This document shows, in pieces, positions 9,453 through 22,300 of a stretch of DNA of 64,000 bases (its first letter is position 1; each line of letters begins with the position of its first letter). Under the pieces are notes generated by a model. It was not told where the DNA came from. It saw only the letters and a program-made list of their open reading frames with translations, and made no database searches. Origin of the DNA: Auanema rhodensis (lineage: Eukaryota > Animalia > Nematoda); NCBI GenBank assembly GCA_964057225.1, contig OZ059897.1, positions 10,292,001-10,356,000 of the forward strand, read 5' to 3'. The position numbers were made by a program, and so were the translations under genes.

Positions 9453-12400
9453 GTTTTGAAATTAAAATGCTATAAAATTATTGCTTGCTTGTCATGTTAG
9501 ATTTGTTTAATTCAAATACTTATTTAAGTTCTAACAATTTTTGATTAAATCACGTTCATTAAACTGTATTGTTTTCAAAAATAAAGACATCTTTCAATTT
9601 CTGGTCATTGAATTAGAATTTTCATGTTGTCACACAGAAATTGAAGAATCTTAGTTCATTTCAGTAACAATGAACACACTAACTTTGTTAAGTTGTTGTA
9701 ATATCGGCCCAAGTAGTATAGTGGTTAGTACTCCACGTTGTGGCCGTGGCGACACAGGTTCGATTCTTGTCTTGGGCATTTTTTGTTTTGAAATTAAAAT
9801 GCTATAAACATATTGCTTGCTTGTCATGTTAGATTTGTTTAATTTAAATACTTATTTAAGTTCTAACAATTTTTGATTTAATCACGTTCAATTAACTGTA
9901 TTGTTTTCAAAAATAAAGACATCTTTCAATTTCTGGTCATTGAATTAGAATTTTCATGTTGTCACACAGGAAATGAAGAATCTTAGTTCATTTCAGTAAC
10001 AATGAACACACTAACTTTGTTAAGTTGTTGTAATATCGGCCCAAGTAGTATAGTGGTTAGTACTCCACGTTGTGGCCGTGGCGACACAGGTTCGATTCTT
10101 GTCTTGGGCATTTTTTGTTTTGAAATTTAAATGCTATAAAATTATTGCTTGCTTGTCATGTTAGATTTGTTTAATTTAAATACTTATTTAAGTTCCAACA
10201 ATTTTCGATTAAATCACATTCAATTAACTGTATTGTTTTCAAAAATAAAGACATCTTTCAATTTCTGGTCATTGAATTAGAATTTTCATGTTGTCACACA
10301 GGAAATGAAGAATCTTAGTTCATTTCAGTAACAATGAACACAATAATTTGGTTTAGTTTGTAATACCGGCCCAAGTAGTATAGTGGTTAGTACTCCACGT
10401 TGTGGCCGTGGCGACACAGGTTCGATTCCTGTCTTGGGCATTTTTTGTTTTGAAATTAAAATGCTATAAAATTATTGCTTGCTTGTCATGTTAGATTTGT
10501 TTAATTCAAATACTTATTTAAGTTCTAACAATTTTTGATTAAATCACGTTCATTAAACTGTATTGTTTTCAAAAATAAAGACATCTTTCAATTTCTGGTC
10601 ATTGAATTAGAATTTTCATGTTGTCACACAGAAATTGAAGAATCTTAGTTCATTTCAGTAACAATGAACACACTAACTTTGTTAAGTTGTTGTAATATCG
10701 GCCCAAGTAGTATAGTGGTTAGTACTCCACGTTGTGGCCGTGGCGACACAGGTTCGATTCTTGTCTTGGGCATTTTTTGTTTTGAAATTAAAATGCTATA
10801 AACATATTGCTTGCTTGTCATGTTAGATTTGTTTAATTTAAATACTTATTTAAGTTCTAACAATTTTTGATTTAATCACGTTCAATTAACTGTATTGTTT
10901 TCAAAAATAAAGACATCTTTCAATTTCTGGTCATTGAATTAGAATTTTCATGTTGTCACACAGGAAATGAAGAATCTTAGTTCATTTCAGTAACAATGAA
11001 CACACTAACTTTGTTAAGTTGTTGTAATATCGGCCCAAGTAGTATAGTGGTTAGTACTCCACGTTGTGGCCGTGGCGACACAGGTTCGATTCTTGTCTTG
11101 GGCATTTTTTGTTTTGAAATTAGAATGCTATAAACATATTGCTTGCTTGTCATGTAAGATTTGTTTAATTTAAATACTTATTTAAGTTCTAACAATTTTT
11201 GATTTAATCACGTTCAATTAACTGTATTGTTTTCAAAAATAAAGACATCTTTCAATTTCTGGTCATTGAATTAGAATTTTCATGTTGTCACACAGGAAAT
11301 GAAGAATCTTAGTTCATTTCAGTAACAATGAACACACTAACTTTGTTAAGTTGTTGTAATATCGGCCCAAGTAGTATAGTGGTTAGTACTCCACGTTGTG
11401 GCCGTGGCGACACAGGTTCGATTCCTGTCTTGGGCATTTTTTGTTTTGAAATTTAAATGCTATAAAATTTTTGCTTGCTTGTCATGTTAGATTTGTTTAA
11501 TTTAAATACTTATTTAAGTTCCAACAATTTTCGATTAAATCACATTCAATTAACTGTATTGTTTTCAAAAATAAAGACATCTTTCAATTTCTGGTCATTG
11601 AATTAGAATTTTCATGTTGTCACACAGGAAATGAAGAATCTTAGTTCATTTCAGTAACAATGAACACACTAACTTTGTTAAGTTGTTGTAATATCGGCCC
11701 AAGTAGTATAGTGGTTAGTACTCCACGTTGTGGCCGTGGCGACATAGGTTCGATTCCTGTCTTGGGCATCTTTTGTTTTGAAATTAAAATGCTATAAAAT
11801 TATTGCTTGCTTGTCATGTTAGATTTGTTTAATTCAAATACTTATTTAAGTTCTAACAATTTTTGATTAAATCACGTTCATTAAACTGTATTGTTTTCAA
11901 AAATAAAGACATCTTTCAATTTCTGGTCATTGAATTAGAATTTTCATGTTGTCACACAGAAATTGAAGAATCTTAGTTCATTTCAGTAACAATGAACACA
12001 CTAACTTTGTTAAGTTGTTGTAATATCGGCCCAAGTAGTATAGTGGTTAGTACTCCACGTTGTGGCCGTGGCGACACAGGTTCGATTCCTGTCTTGGGCA
12101 TTTTTTGTTTTGAAATTTAAATGCTATAAAATTTTTGCTTGCTTGTCATGTTAGATTTGTTTAATTTAAATACTTATTTAAGTTCCAACAATTTTCGATT
12201 AAATCACATTCAATTAACTGTATTGTTTTCAAAAATAAAGACATCTTTCAATTTCTGGTCATTGAATTAGAATTTTCATGTTGTCACACAGGAAATGAAG
12301 AATCTTAGTTCATTTCAGTAACAATGAACACACTAACTTTGTTAAGTTGTTGTAATATCGGCCCAAGTAGTATAGTGGTTAGTACTCCACGTTGTGGCCG

Positions 12401-15400
12401 TGGCGACACAGGTTCGATTCTTGTCTTGGGCATATTCTGTTTTGAAATTAAAATGCTATAAACATATTGCTTGCTTGTCATGTTAGATTTGTTTAATTTA
12501 AATACTTATTTAAGTTCTAACAATTTTTGATTTAATCACGTTCAATTAACTGTATTGTTTTCAAAAATAAAGACATCTTTCAATTTCTGGTCATTGAATT
12601 AGAATTTTCATGTTGTCACACAGGAAATGAAGAATCTTAGTTCATTTCAGTAACAATGAACACAATAATTTTGTTTAGTTTGTAATACCGGCCCAAGTAG
12701 TATAGTGGTTAGTACTCCACGTTGTGGCCGTGGCGACACAGGTTCGATTCCTGTCTTGGGCATTTTTTGTTTTGAAATTAAAATGCTATAAAATTATTGC
12801 TTGCTTGTCATGTTAGATTTGTTTAATTCAAATACTTATTTAAGTTCTAACAATTTTTGATTAAATCACGTTCATTAAACTGTATTGTTTTCAAAAATAA
12901 AGACATCTTTCAATTTCTGGTCATTGAATTAGAATTTTCATGTTGTCACACAGAAATTGAAGAATCTTAGTTCATTTCAGTAACAATGAACACACTAACT
13001 TTGTTAAGTTGTTGTAATATCGGCCCAAGTAGTATAGTGGTTAGTACTCCACGTTGTGGCCGTGGCGACACAGGTTCGATTCTTGTCTTGGGCATTTTTT
13101 GTTTTGAAATTAAAATGCTATAAACATATTGCTTGCTTGTCATGTTAGATTTGTTTAATTCAAATACTTATTTAAGTTCTAACAATTTTTGATTTAATCA
13201 CGTTCAATTAACTGTATTGTTTTCAAAAATAAAGACATCTTTCAATTTCTGGTCATTGAATTAGAATTTTCATGTTGTCACACAGGAAATGAAGAATCTT
13301 AGTTCATTTCAGTAACAATGAACACAATAATTTTGTTTAGTTTGTAATACCGGCCCAAGTAGTATAGTGGTTAGTACTCCACGTTGTGGCCGTGGCGACA
13401 CAGGTTCGATTCCTGTCTTGGGCATTTTTTGTTTTGAAATTTAAATGCTATAAAATTTTTGCTTGCTTGTCATGTTAGATTTGTTTAATTTAAATACTTA
13501 TTTAAGTTCCAACAATTTTCGATTAAATCACATCTAATTAACTGTATTGTTTTCAAAAATAAAGACAAAATTCAACTTCTGTTCATTGAATTAGTATTTT
13601 CATGTTGTCACACAGAAATTGAAGAATCTTAGTTCATTTCAGTAACAATGAACACACTAACTTTGTTAAGTTGTTGTAATATCGGCCCAAGTAGTATAGT
13701 GGTTAGTACTCCACGTTGTGGCCGTGGCGACACAGGTTCGATTCCTGTCTTGGGCATTTTTTGTTTTGAAATTAAAATGCTATAAAATTATTGCTTGCTT
13801 GTCATGTTAGATTTGTTTAATTCAAATACTTATTTAAGTTCTAACAATTTTTGATTAAATCACGTTCATTAAACTGTATTGTTTTCAAAAATAAAGACAT
13901 CTTTCAATTTCTGGTCATTGAATTAGAATTTTCATGTTGTCACACAGAAATTGAAGAATCTTAGTTCATTTCAGTAACAATGAACACACTAACTTTGTTA
14001 AGTTGTTGTAATATCGGCCCAAGTAGTATAGTGGTTAGTACTCCACGTTGTGGCCGTGGCGACACAGGTTCGATTCTTGTCTTGGGCATTTTTTGTTTTG
14101 AAATTAAAATGCTATAAACATATTGCTTGCTTGTCATGTTAGATTTGTTTAATTTAAATACTTATTTAAGTTCTAACAATTTTTGATTTAATCACGTTCA
14201 ATTAACTGTATTGTTTTCAAAAATAAAGACATCTTTCAATTTCTGTTCATTGAATTAGTATTTTCATGTTGTCACACAGAAATTGAAGAATCTTAGTTCA
14301 TTTCAGTAACAATGAACACACTAACTTTGTTAAGTTGTTGTAATATCGGCCCAAGTAGTATAGTGGTTAGTACTCCACGTTGTGGCCGTGGCGACACAGG
14401 TTCGATTCCTGTCTTGGGCATTTTTTGTTTTGAAATTTAAATGCTATAAAATTTTTGCTTGCTTGTCATGTTAGATTTGTTTAATTTAAATACTTATTTA
14501 AGTTCCAACAATTTTCGATTAAATCACATTCAATTAACTGTATTGTTTTCAAAAATAAAGACATCTTTCAATTTCTGGTCATTGAATTAGAATTTTCATG
14601 TTGTCACACAGGAAATGAAGAATCTTAGTTCATTTCAGTAACAATGAACACACTAACTTTGTTAAGTTGTTGTAATATCGGCCCAAGTAGTATAGTGGTT
14701 AGTACTCCACGTTGTGGCCGTGGCGACATAGGTTCGATTCCTGTCTTGGGCATCTTTTGTTTTGAAATTAAAATGCTATAAAATTATTGCTTGCTTGTCA
14801 TGTTAGATTTGTTTAATTCAAATACTTATTTAAGTTCTAACAATTTTTGATTAAATCACGTTCATTAAACTGTATTGTTTTCAAAAATAAAGACATCTTT
14901 CAATTTCTGGTCATTGAATTAGAATTTTCATGTTGTCACACAGAAATTGAAGAATCTTAGTTCATTTCAGTAACAATGAACACACTAACTTTGTTAAGTT
15001 GTTGTAATATCGGCCCAAGTAGTATAGTGGTTAGTACTCCACGTTGTGGCCGTGGCGACACAGGTTCGATTCTTGTCTTGGGCATTTTTTGTTTTGAAAT
15101 TAAAATGCTATAAACATATTGCTTGCTTGTCATGTTAGATTTGTTTAATTTAAATACTTATTTAAGTTCTAACAATTTTTGATTTAATCACGTTCAATTA
15201 ACTGTATTGTTTTCAAAAATAAAGACATCTTTCAATTTCTGTTCATTGAATTAGTATTTTCATGTTGTCACACAGAAATTGAAGAATCTTAGTTCATTTC
15301 AGTAACAATGAACACACTAACTTTGTTAAGTTGTTGTAATATCGGCCCAAGTAGTATAGTGGTTAGTACTCCACGTTGTGGCCGTGGCGACACAGGTTCG

Positions 15401-15679
15401 ATTCCTGTCTTGGGCATTTTTTGTTTTGAAATTTAAATGCTATAAAATTTTTGCTTGCTTGTCATGTTAGATTTGTTTAATTTAAATACTTATTTAAGTT
15501 CCAACAATTTTCGATTAAATCACATTCAATTAACTGTATTGTTTTCAAAAATAAAGACATCTTTCAATTTCTGGTCATTGAATTAGAATTTTCATGTTGT
15601 CACACAGGAAATGAAGAATCTTAGTTCATTTCAGTAACAATGAACACACTAACTTTGTTAAGTTGTTGTAATATCGGCC

Positions 15680-16121
15680 TGTCGGCAAATGCCTGACTAT
15701 TAACAAAATATAATGATTTACAATATAAACATAACTCTTCTGAAATACTAAACCATTATCTATTAACCGAATAATTGTATCATTAACCTATTGCGCAACA
15801 TTCTCAAAGGATGTTGAACTTTTATCACCTCTATAGTTTACATTAACGTGACCTTTCTATTCAAATATCAAATATCACCCTTAAGCTAAATCATATATAA
15901 ACCCAAGAAAACCTTCACTTTCGAATCTAACTTTTCTACCACTGTACCATCTTTATTTAATAAACCTTTTAAACCCAAATCTGCGAAGTTCAACCCTGAT
16001 AATATTCTCTTCGAGTATCAGCCTTCGTTAATACTCCTAAACGGTATTAACTCCTGTATCACGTCGAACGAGTAATACTACAGCTATTCCCCTGGAATAA
16101 CTCTTGGATACATAGTCCAAA
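15680..16121 (+). repeat. 5' LTR of BEL element
   Basis: TGTCGGCAAA...GTCCAAA, direct repeat of 23586-24027; TATATAAA ~15894, AATAAA ~15959. Confidence 0.95.
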
Positions 16122-16122
16122 T

Positions 16123-16132
16123 TGGTGCATCG
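16123..16132 (+). other. Primer binding site complementary to tRNA-Gly 3' end
   Basis: TGGTGCATCG 1 nt after the LTR; matches ...CGAUGCA-CCA of tRNA-Gly(GCC). Confidence 0.7.
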
Positions 16133-16384
16133 TCCAAATCAGGTATCAATTGTTAGAAACCTTTTTGTATTATTTTCTATTCTCACTTTTTATTTCTCAG
16201 TTCCTTTGTTTACTTTTCTTCATCATCACATTCTTTAAACTTCTTTGCTTCATCTCATCTCATCTGAATCTTTATCTCTATCTCAATCTCAAAATCAAAA
16301 AAGTTACCAACACATTTTGCAACAATTCAACTAAGAAATTCAAAAGTCATACATTTTGCATCAAAAAATCAAAAAACGGTAGCA

Positions 16385-19300
16385 ATGGACCGTACTGAAG
16401 AAGTTTTCAATGAAAAACTCCACAATTTCGCAGACAAATTTGAGCAACTAGCCAAACTACTCATAAAAACTAAAACCGAGAACCAAGAAAACATTTCGCT
16501 TCTACGCCTACACACATCTCTCACACAACTTAGGTCTGAAGAATCATCTCTCGCTACTCTTGCTTCTCTTCTCCCCGAACCTACGTTTTCTGAATTGAAC
16601 AGAAGAATAAACGAGGTAACCACGCTTCATGCTGACACAGTAACAAGAGCGAACATCCTGATTTTGGAACTAGAAACCAAAACAGCTAAAAAACAACCCC
16701 TCCCCGATTCCGAAGACGACCAAGAGTCGGATCGGAATAAAAGACCAACGCGAACTAGCTTTGGTCTCTCCGTTAAAACACCTCAACTTTCGATTCCCAC
16801 ATTTAACGGAGACTCCTTAACATTTCCACTCTTTTGGAACCAATTCAAAACCCTCATTCACAATGAACCTAGCCTAAATATACAACAGAAAAACATTTTT
16901 TTGGCAGAAGCCCTACAAGGACCTGCCAGGGTTCATCTCGAGAATAAGCCTTTAAACGGCGAATTTTATCACCAAATAATCGAAACCTTACAAAACACAT
17001 ATCAACCGATATTAGCGGTTGACTTTCGCATATACCGTAATATCAGGAGATTACCTGTCGCAAAATCCGACCCCACCTCTTTGAGATCCCGAGTTAATGA
17101 GATTCGAGCTTTGCTCGACCAACTCGACAGAGCAAGATCTCAATATATATACAATACTGAAGACCCAGCTTGGGTCACAGAGATATCTGAGAAATTTCCT
17201 GAAGAAATTATAGATATGCGCTGTTGGCGATCGCCCGGCGAAAATACTATAAGTCAAATTCTGAAGGACATAGAGGGTATAGCATACTCAAAGGAAACCT
17301 CGGCTTATTTAAGACGAGAACGATCCGAACCTCAGTATCGAGACCAAACTCAGCCTTTTTTCTCAAAACCCATCAAATCCTCAGAAAAATCAGAACGACC
17401 CTGCGTTTTTTGCGATAAGCAGGGTCATCGCCCTACAAAATGCCCCACGATAACCACCCCCCAAGAACGAAGAGAGATTATAAAGAGAAAAAATAGGTGT
17501 TGGATTTGCTTTAGTCCAACACACTCAAGCAGTAAGTGCAAATTCGAAAGTTGCCGAAACTGCAAAAAAGAGCATAATTATACTTTATGCCTACCTAAGC
17601 CAACCATCAAAATTACTAAACCGTCCATGAATTGCACCACTATATCTAAATCTTTCCATCCTTCTCCCGCTTACCTCATGACTTCTCAAATCTCTCTCTT
17701 AAATCCTTTAACAAACACTTATCATACTAAAACCATATTTCTTGACCCCGGAGCAACTCAAAGCTTCATCCATCAAAAGACAGCTGAGACATGCAACTTG
17801 AATACCTTAGCAACACAAAACATTACAGCAACCGGATTTTCGGGCAATAAAGAAACTTTTGAAACAAAAACAGTCGAAGCTATTTTGCAAACCCCATATG
17901 GAAAAATAATTAAACTAATTTTGCTAACATCCCCAAAACCACTCACCGGAAATCTAAAATGCTGTTCTCTACAAGTCCGGGATAGAGAATTTCTTGAAAA
18001 AACCAAAATTTCCGTCACCAATCAATTCATTAATGGGGAAACATTCTCACCCGACATTTTGTTAGGTATGGATTGGTATGATTCAGTAATAACTGAAGAG
18101 CCATCCATTTCATTACCATCGGGTCTAAAAATTAAACACACCCACTTTGGTCCCTGTATTTATGGAAAAACAAATAATACCCATGAATCCATAGCCGTCC
18201 ATTCCTTAATCATAAACCCTCAAATACCGGAGGAAGTTATGATTAAACAATTATTCGAAATAGATAGTTTGGGCATTGCTCCACATGAAGGAGCTTTGAA
18301 CAAATCAGAACTATTCTATAACGAATATTCTACCTTACTTACGTTTGATAACGGCTACATAACCGCCCCTCTCCCACTAAAGAAAAACGCCATAAATATT
18401 CAATCTAACCGTAATCTTGCTTTGGCAACACTTAATCGTCTTCAAATATCCTTACAAAAAGACCCCAATCAACAAAAATACTATCAAGAAACGTTCTCAC
18501 AATATTTAAAAGAAAACGTAATAGAGTTAGTCCCGGCAGATGTTGAGGCGACCAGAACTTATTATATGCCACATCGCGGTGTGTGGAAACCCCAAAAAAC
18601 CAAGCCTCTTCGCATAGTCTTTAACGCATCTGCTAAACAAAAAGGACAACTCTCTTTAAATGACATCACCTCAACAGGTGAGAGCTTCACCAACAAAATT
18701 CTCGATATCTTGATAGGTATTCGTACCAAATCGTATTTTCTGATGTGTGATATTGAAGGTGCTTTCACACAAATACGCATAGCTAATGATTGTAAAGATC
18801 TCTGTCGCTTTCTTTGGTTGAAAGATGTCAATAAGCCGCCTACACCAAACAATATAATAGAATTTCGATTTAATAGGTTAGCTTTTGGCATTACGGCAAG
18901 CCCCGCTGTATTAAACATGTCGTTACACGCGTATTTGAATAGCCACACCTCACCATTTGTAGAAAAAACCCTAAGATATCTTTATGTAGATAATATTTTT
19001 TATACAACCAATGATCAAAAAGAACTAACCGATTTATATAAAGATTCAAAGAAAATATTCTCTCAAATTTCGATGAATGTTAGAGAATACTTTAGTAACT
19101 CATCCCATTTTAACAACGAAATTCCGGCGATAGATCACCACCCAGATAAAAATCCCAAAATACTAGGTGTACTATATAACGCCAGTAAAGATTCGTTTGT
19201 ATTAACAGGACAAATGCGTATGCAACAGTCTTTTACTAAACGAGATATGCTGAGTAGTTTACACAGCATATATGACCCCATAGGACTAGCGGCACCGCTC

Positions 19301-22300
19301 CTACTTCCATATAAAATTATTTTAAGACAAGTAATGAACAGCAATGTCGATTGGAAGGAGCAAGTCCCCGAGGATCTCGTCGCCGATTGGAACAAAGCCA
19401 GCACAAAGATAGGGCCGTTCAACATTGAAGTTCCGCGGGAATTATCTAGCAAAAGAGACAAGAAAGAACTGTGGGTTTTTGTAGACGCAAGCACAAAAGC
19501 TATTGCAGCATGCGCCTATTTAACTACCAGCACAGAAAGAGCTCCAATCATAATGGGGAAAGTAAAATTAGCCCCCAAAAATAGGACTTTGACCATCCCG
19601 CGCTTAGAACTATCCGCAATTTTTATGGGAATGAAAATCGCGGAAACAATATACAATAATTTGAACGAGCCGAATCTGGCAATTAACATTGCGTCAGATA
19701 GCCAAATAGCTCTATCTTGGCTTATAACGAAAAAAAGTGTCCCCGTTTTTATCAGTAATATGCGGCAAAACATTGAAGAAATAGGAAGAAGGTTGGAAGC
19801 TCAAAAAGCTTCACTACACTTCCACTATGTTGATACCGACCATAATCCAGCAGACATTGGAACTAGAGGGACAACAGACCAAAATCTGTTAAAGGAACGC
19901 TGGTTGTTTTCTCCACCATGGCTATCACAAATGGACAACAGACCAATAAAGGAACTCACCGCTCCAATAGACGAAGACGAACCCCCCATGCTCATTCTAC
20001 CCGTATCTAGTGATATTCAATCATACGAGTCAATAATACAACCAGGAAGATTTAATTCGTACTCCAAACTACAACGGACCACAGGTTTGGTATTTAAAGC
20101 CGCGCTAGTACTATTGCAGAAAATAAACAAAACCCCAACATCAACCATGCTACAACGAGCGCAAAAGGAAAAGCAGCAATCCCAAACCGCAGATCTCTTT
20201 CTTATACAAGAGGCCCAGAAAAAATTAAAACAATCGGAAATAAAGCAATTTCGCACCACCAAGGATAACAACGGATTACGTATAATTCAAACACGTTTGC
20301 TTAACGCCAAATTGCCTGCATCCACAAAGTACCCCTTTTTACTACCCAAAAAATCTGATTTAGGTAAACTAATTTTGCTTTCCATACATAAAGAAAATGC
20401 ACACCTGGGAACTACACATCTGATCAGCCTATTTCTTCAAAAGTTCTTCATGGCAGGAACAAGGCAGGTATGCAAATCAATTATAAAAAAGTGCGTCCCG
20501 TGTCAAAAAATACTCAGTCGCCCATTCACCACAGATTTTCTGGCACCTCTGCCAGAAGATCGAATTACAAAAGCTATGCCATTTAAGCATACGGGGCTAG
20601 ACTGTATCGGACCCATTAAATATAGAAAAAGTGAACAAATATATATAGTAATCTTTACATGTCTAACGGTTCGAGCAGTTCACCTCGAACCAATTAACGA
20701 CATGACCTCTAATACATTCCTCAATGCATTTATAAGATTCGTAGCTCGCAGAGGATTACCGGACGTTATCCGTTCGGACAATGGGAGCAATTTTGTTCAC
20801 TCGGCTAAGATACTTAACATGTTAGAAACTTATGATAGTGAACATAGAACAAGTTTCACAAAATTTTTACAAAAACACCACATTACATGGATTTTTAACA
20901 CTCCCAGTGCCCCATGGACTGGAGGAGTATGGGAGCGACTGGTTGCGATAGTAAAAACTTCACTCTACAAATCATTGCAGCTTAAATTGGTCAACAAAGA
21001 CCAACTAACGACGGCAATTATAAAGATCGAAGGAATAATAAATTCCAGACCGATCACCTATACAAATTCAGATAATGTAGACGACCGACCCCTGACACCA
21101 GCAGATTTCTTGAATAACGGCAGCCCCGTTCTCGTACCAGGAGGTAACGTAGAACAATTGGGACAAGCCTTGGATGAACCAAACCCAATACAAACGAATA
21201 AAGAAGCATTTGAAAATCTGCAGAAAGTGGAAATTATAGCGGAATCATTCTGGGATCGGTGGTCCAAGGAATATCTTCTATGTCTCCGTAATGCCCACGC
21301 ATCCACAAAACAAACGCACAGAAGTTCTAACCACCCAACGCTAAATGAGGTGGTCCTTGTGGAAGAAGATAACCTGAACAGATGCAACTGGCAAATGGCG
21401 CGCATTACTGCCCTACTACCGTCTTCGGATAACATATTCAGATCCGCAAGAATTAAATTAGGAAACGGCAAAGAACTCACGAAACCAGTTGAAAAACTCT
21501 ACCCACTCGAGCTCAAGGACAATTTCGACAAAGGAAGAGAATCACAGGAAATAACTGTCAATCATCTTTCACACACACCAACCAATCCGAACCGGCTAAG
21601 GAACATTTTTCGTTTTCTGATGCTAATACAAATATTTTCAGTTGCTATGACCCAACCGATAATCAGGTGTTCAACATCACAAGTGGTATTTCCAGCACAA
21701 CCAAACCACTCAACAATATGCATCGACTCCAGCTGCCATAATCTCTCTGCACACCAATCCGAAATAATCCCACTACCTATTTCAGTTTTACCAAAAACAG
21801 CATCCGTTTCACGCTTCAACTTGGAGTCAACTCAGAATCAAACATGCAAACTTCCTCACCCATGTGACTTCCCACCGCCATTCATCCTACATATCATAGG
21901 CAATCCTCACTGTAATCCAATCTTAGCTATTCTTATAGTACTTACGCCATTAATTGGCTGCGCTCTTTTATTCATTAGCTGTGGTCTAATCTACAGAAGA
22001 CTAAAAACATACCGCCGACAGAACGAGCCCACCATTTCGTACATCCCTTCCCTCCTATTCACACTCTTTTTTCTCATATGCCATGCGCAAGCTTGTGGAT
22101 CCCCCAACGCTCATAAAAACATAGAAATCTTTTGCGACGATATACAAAACTGCACCAAAATAACCAACGAAGAAATTTCATTCAATCCCTTGCAAAACTC
22201 TCTCTGCTCTTACATCAAATATCAAAACTCCACTATAGGAAAACTAGAAATTCAATTAATTCAACATAAATTTTCATGCCAAAAAGTTTCGCAAGGATTC

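Larger units (their letters stand above)
9300..15679 (+). repeat. tRNA-His tandem array segment 1: 19 full tRNA copies, 330/332-bp units
   Basis: tRNA +1 positions 9375, 9707, 10039, 10369, 10701, 11033, 11365, 11697, 12029, 12361, 12691, 13023, 13353, 13685, 14017, 14349, 14681, 15013, 15345. The copy at 15677 is cut by the BEL element. Confidence 0.97.
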
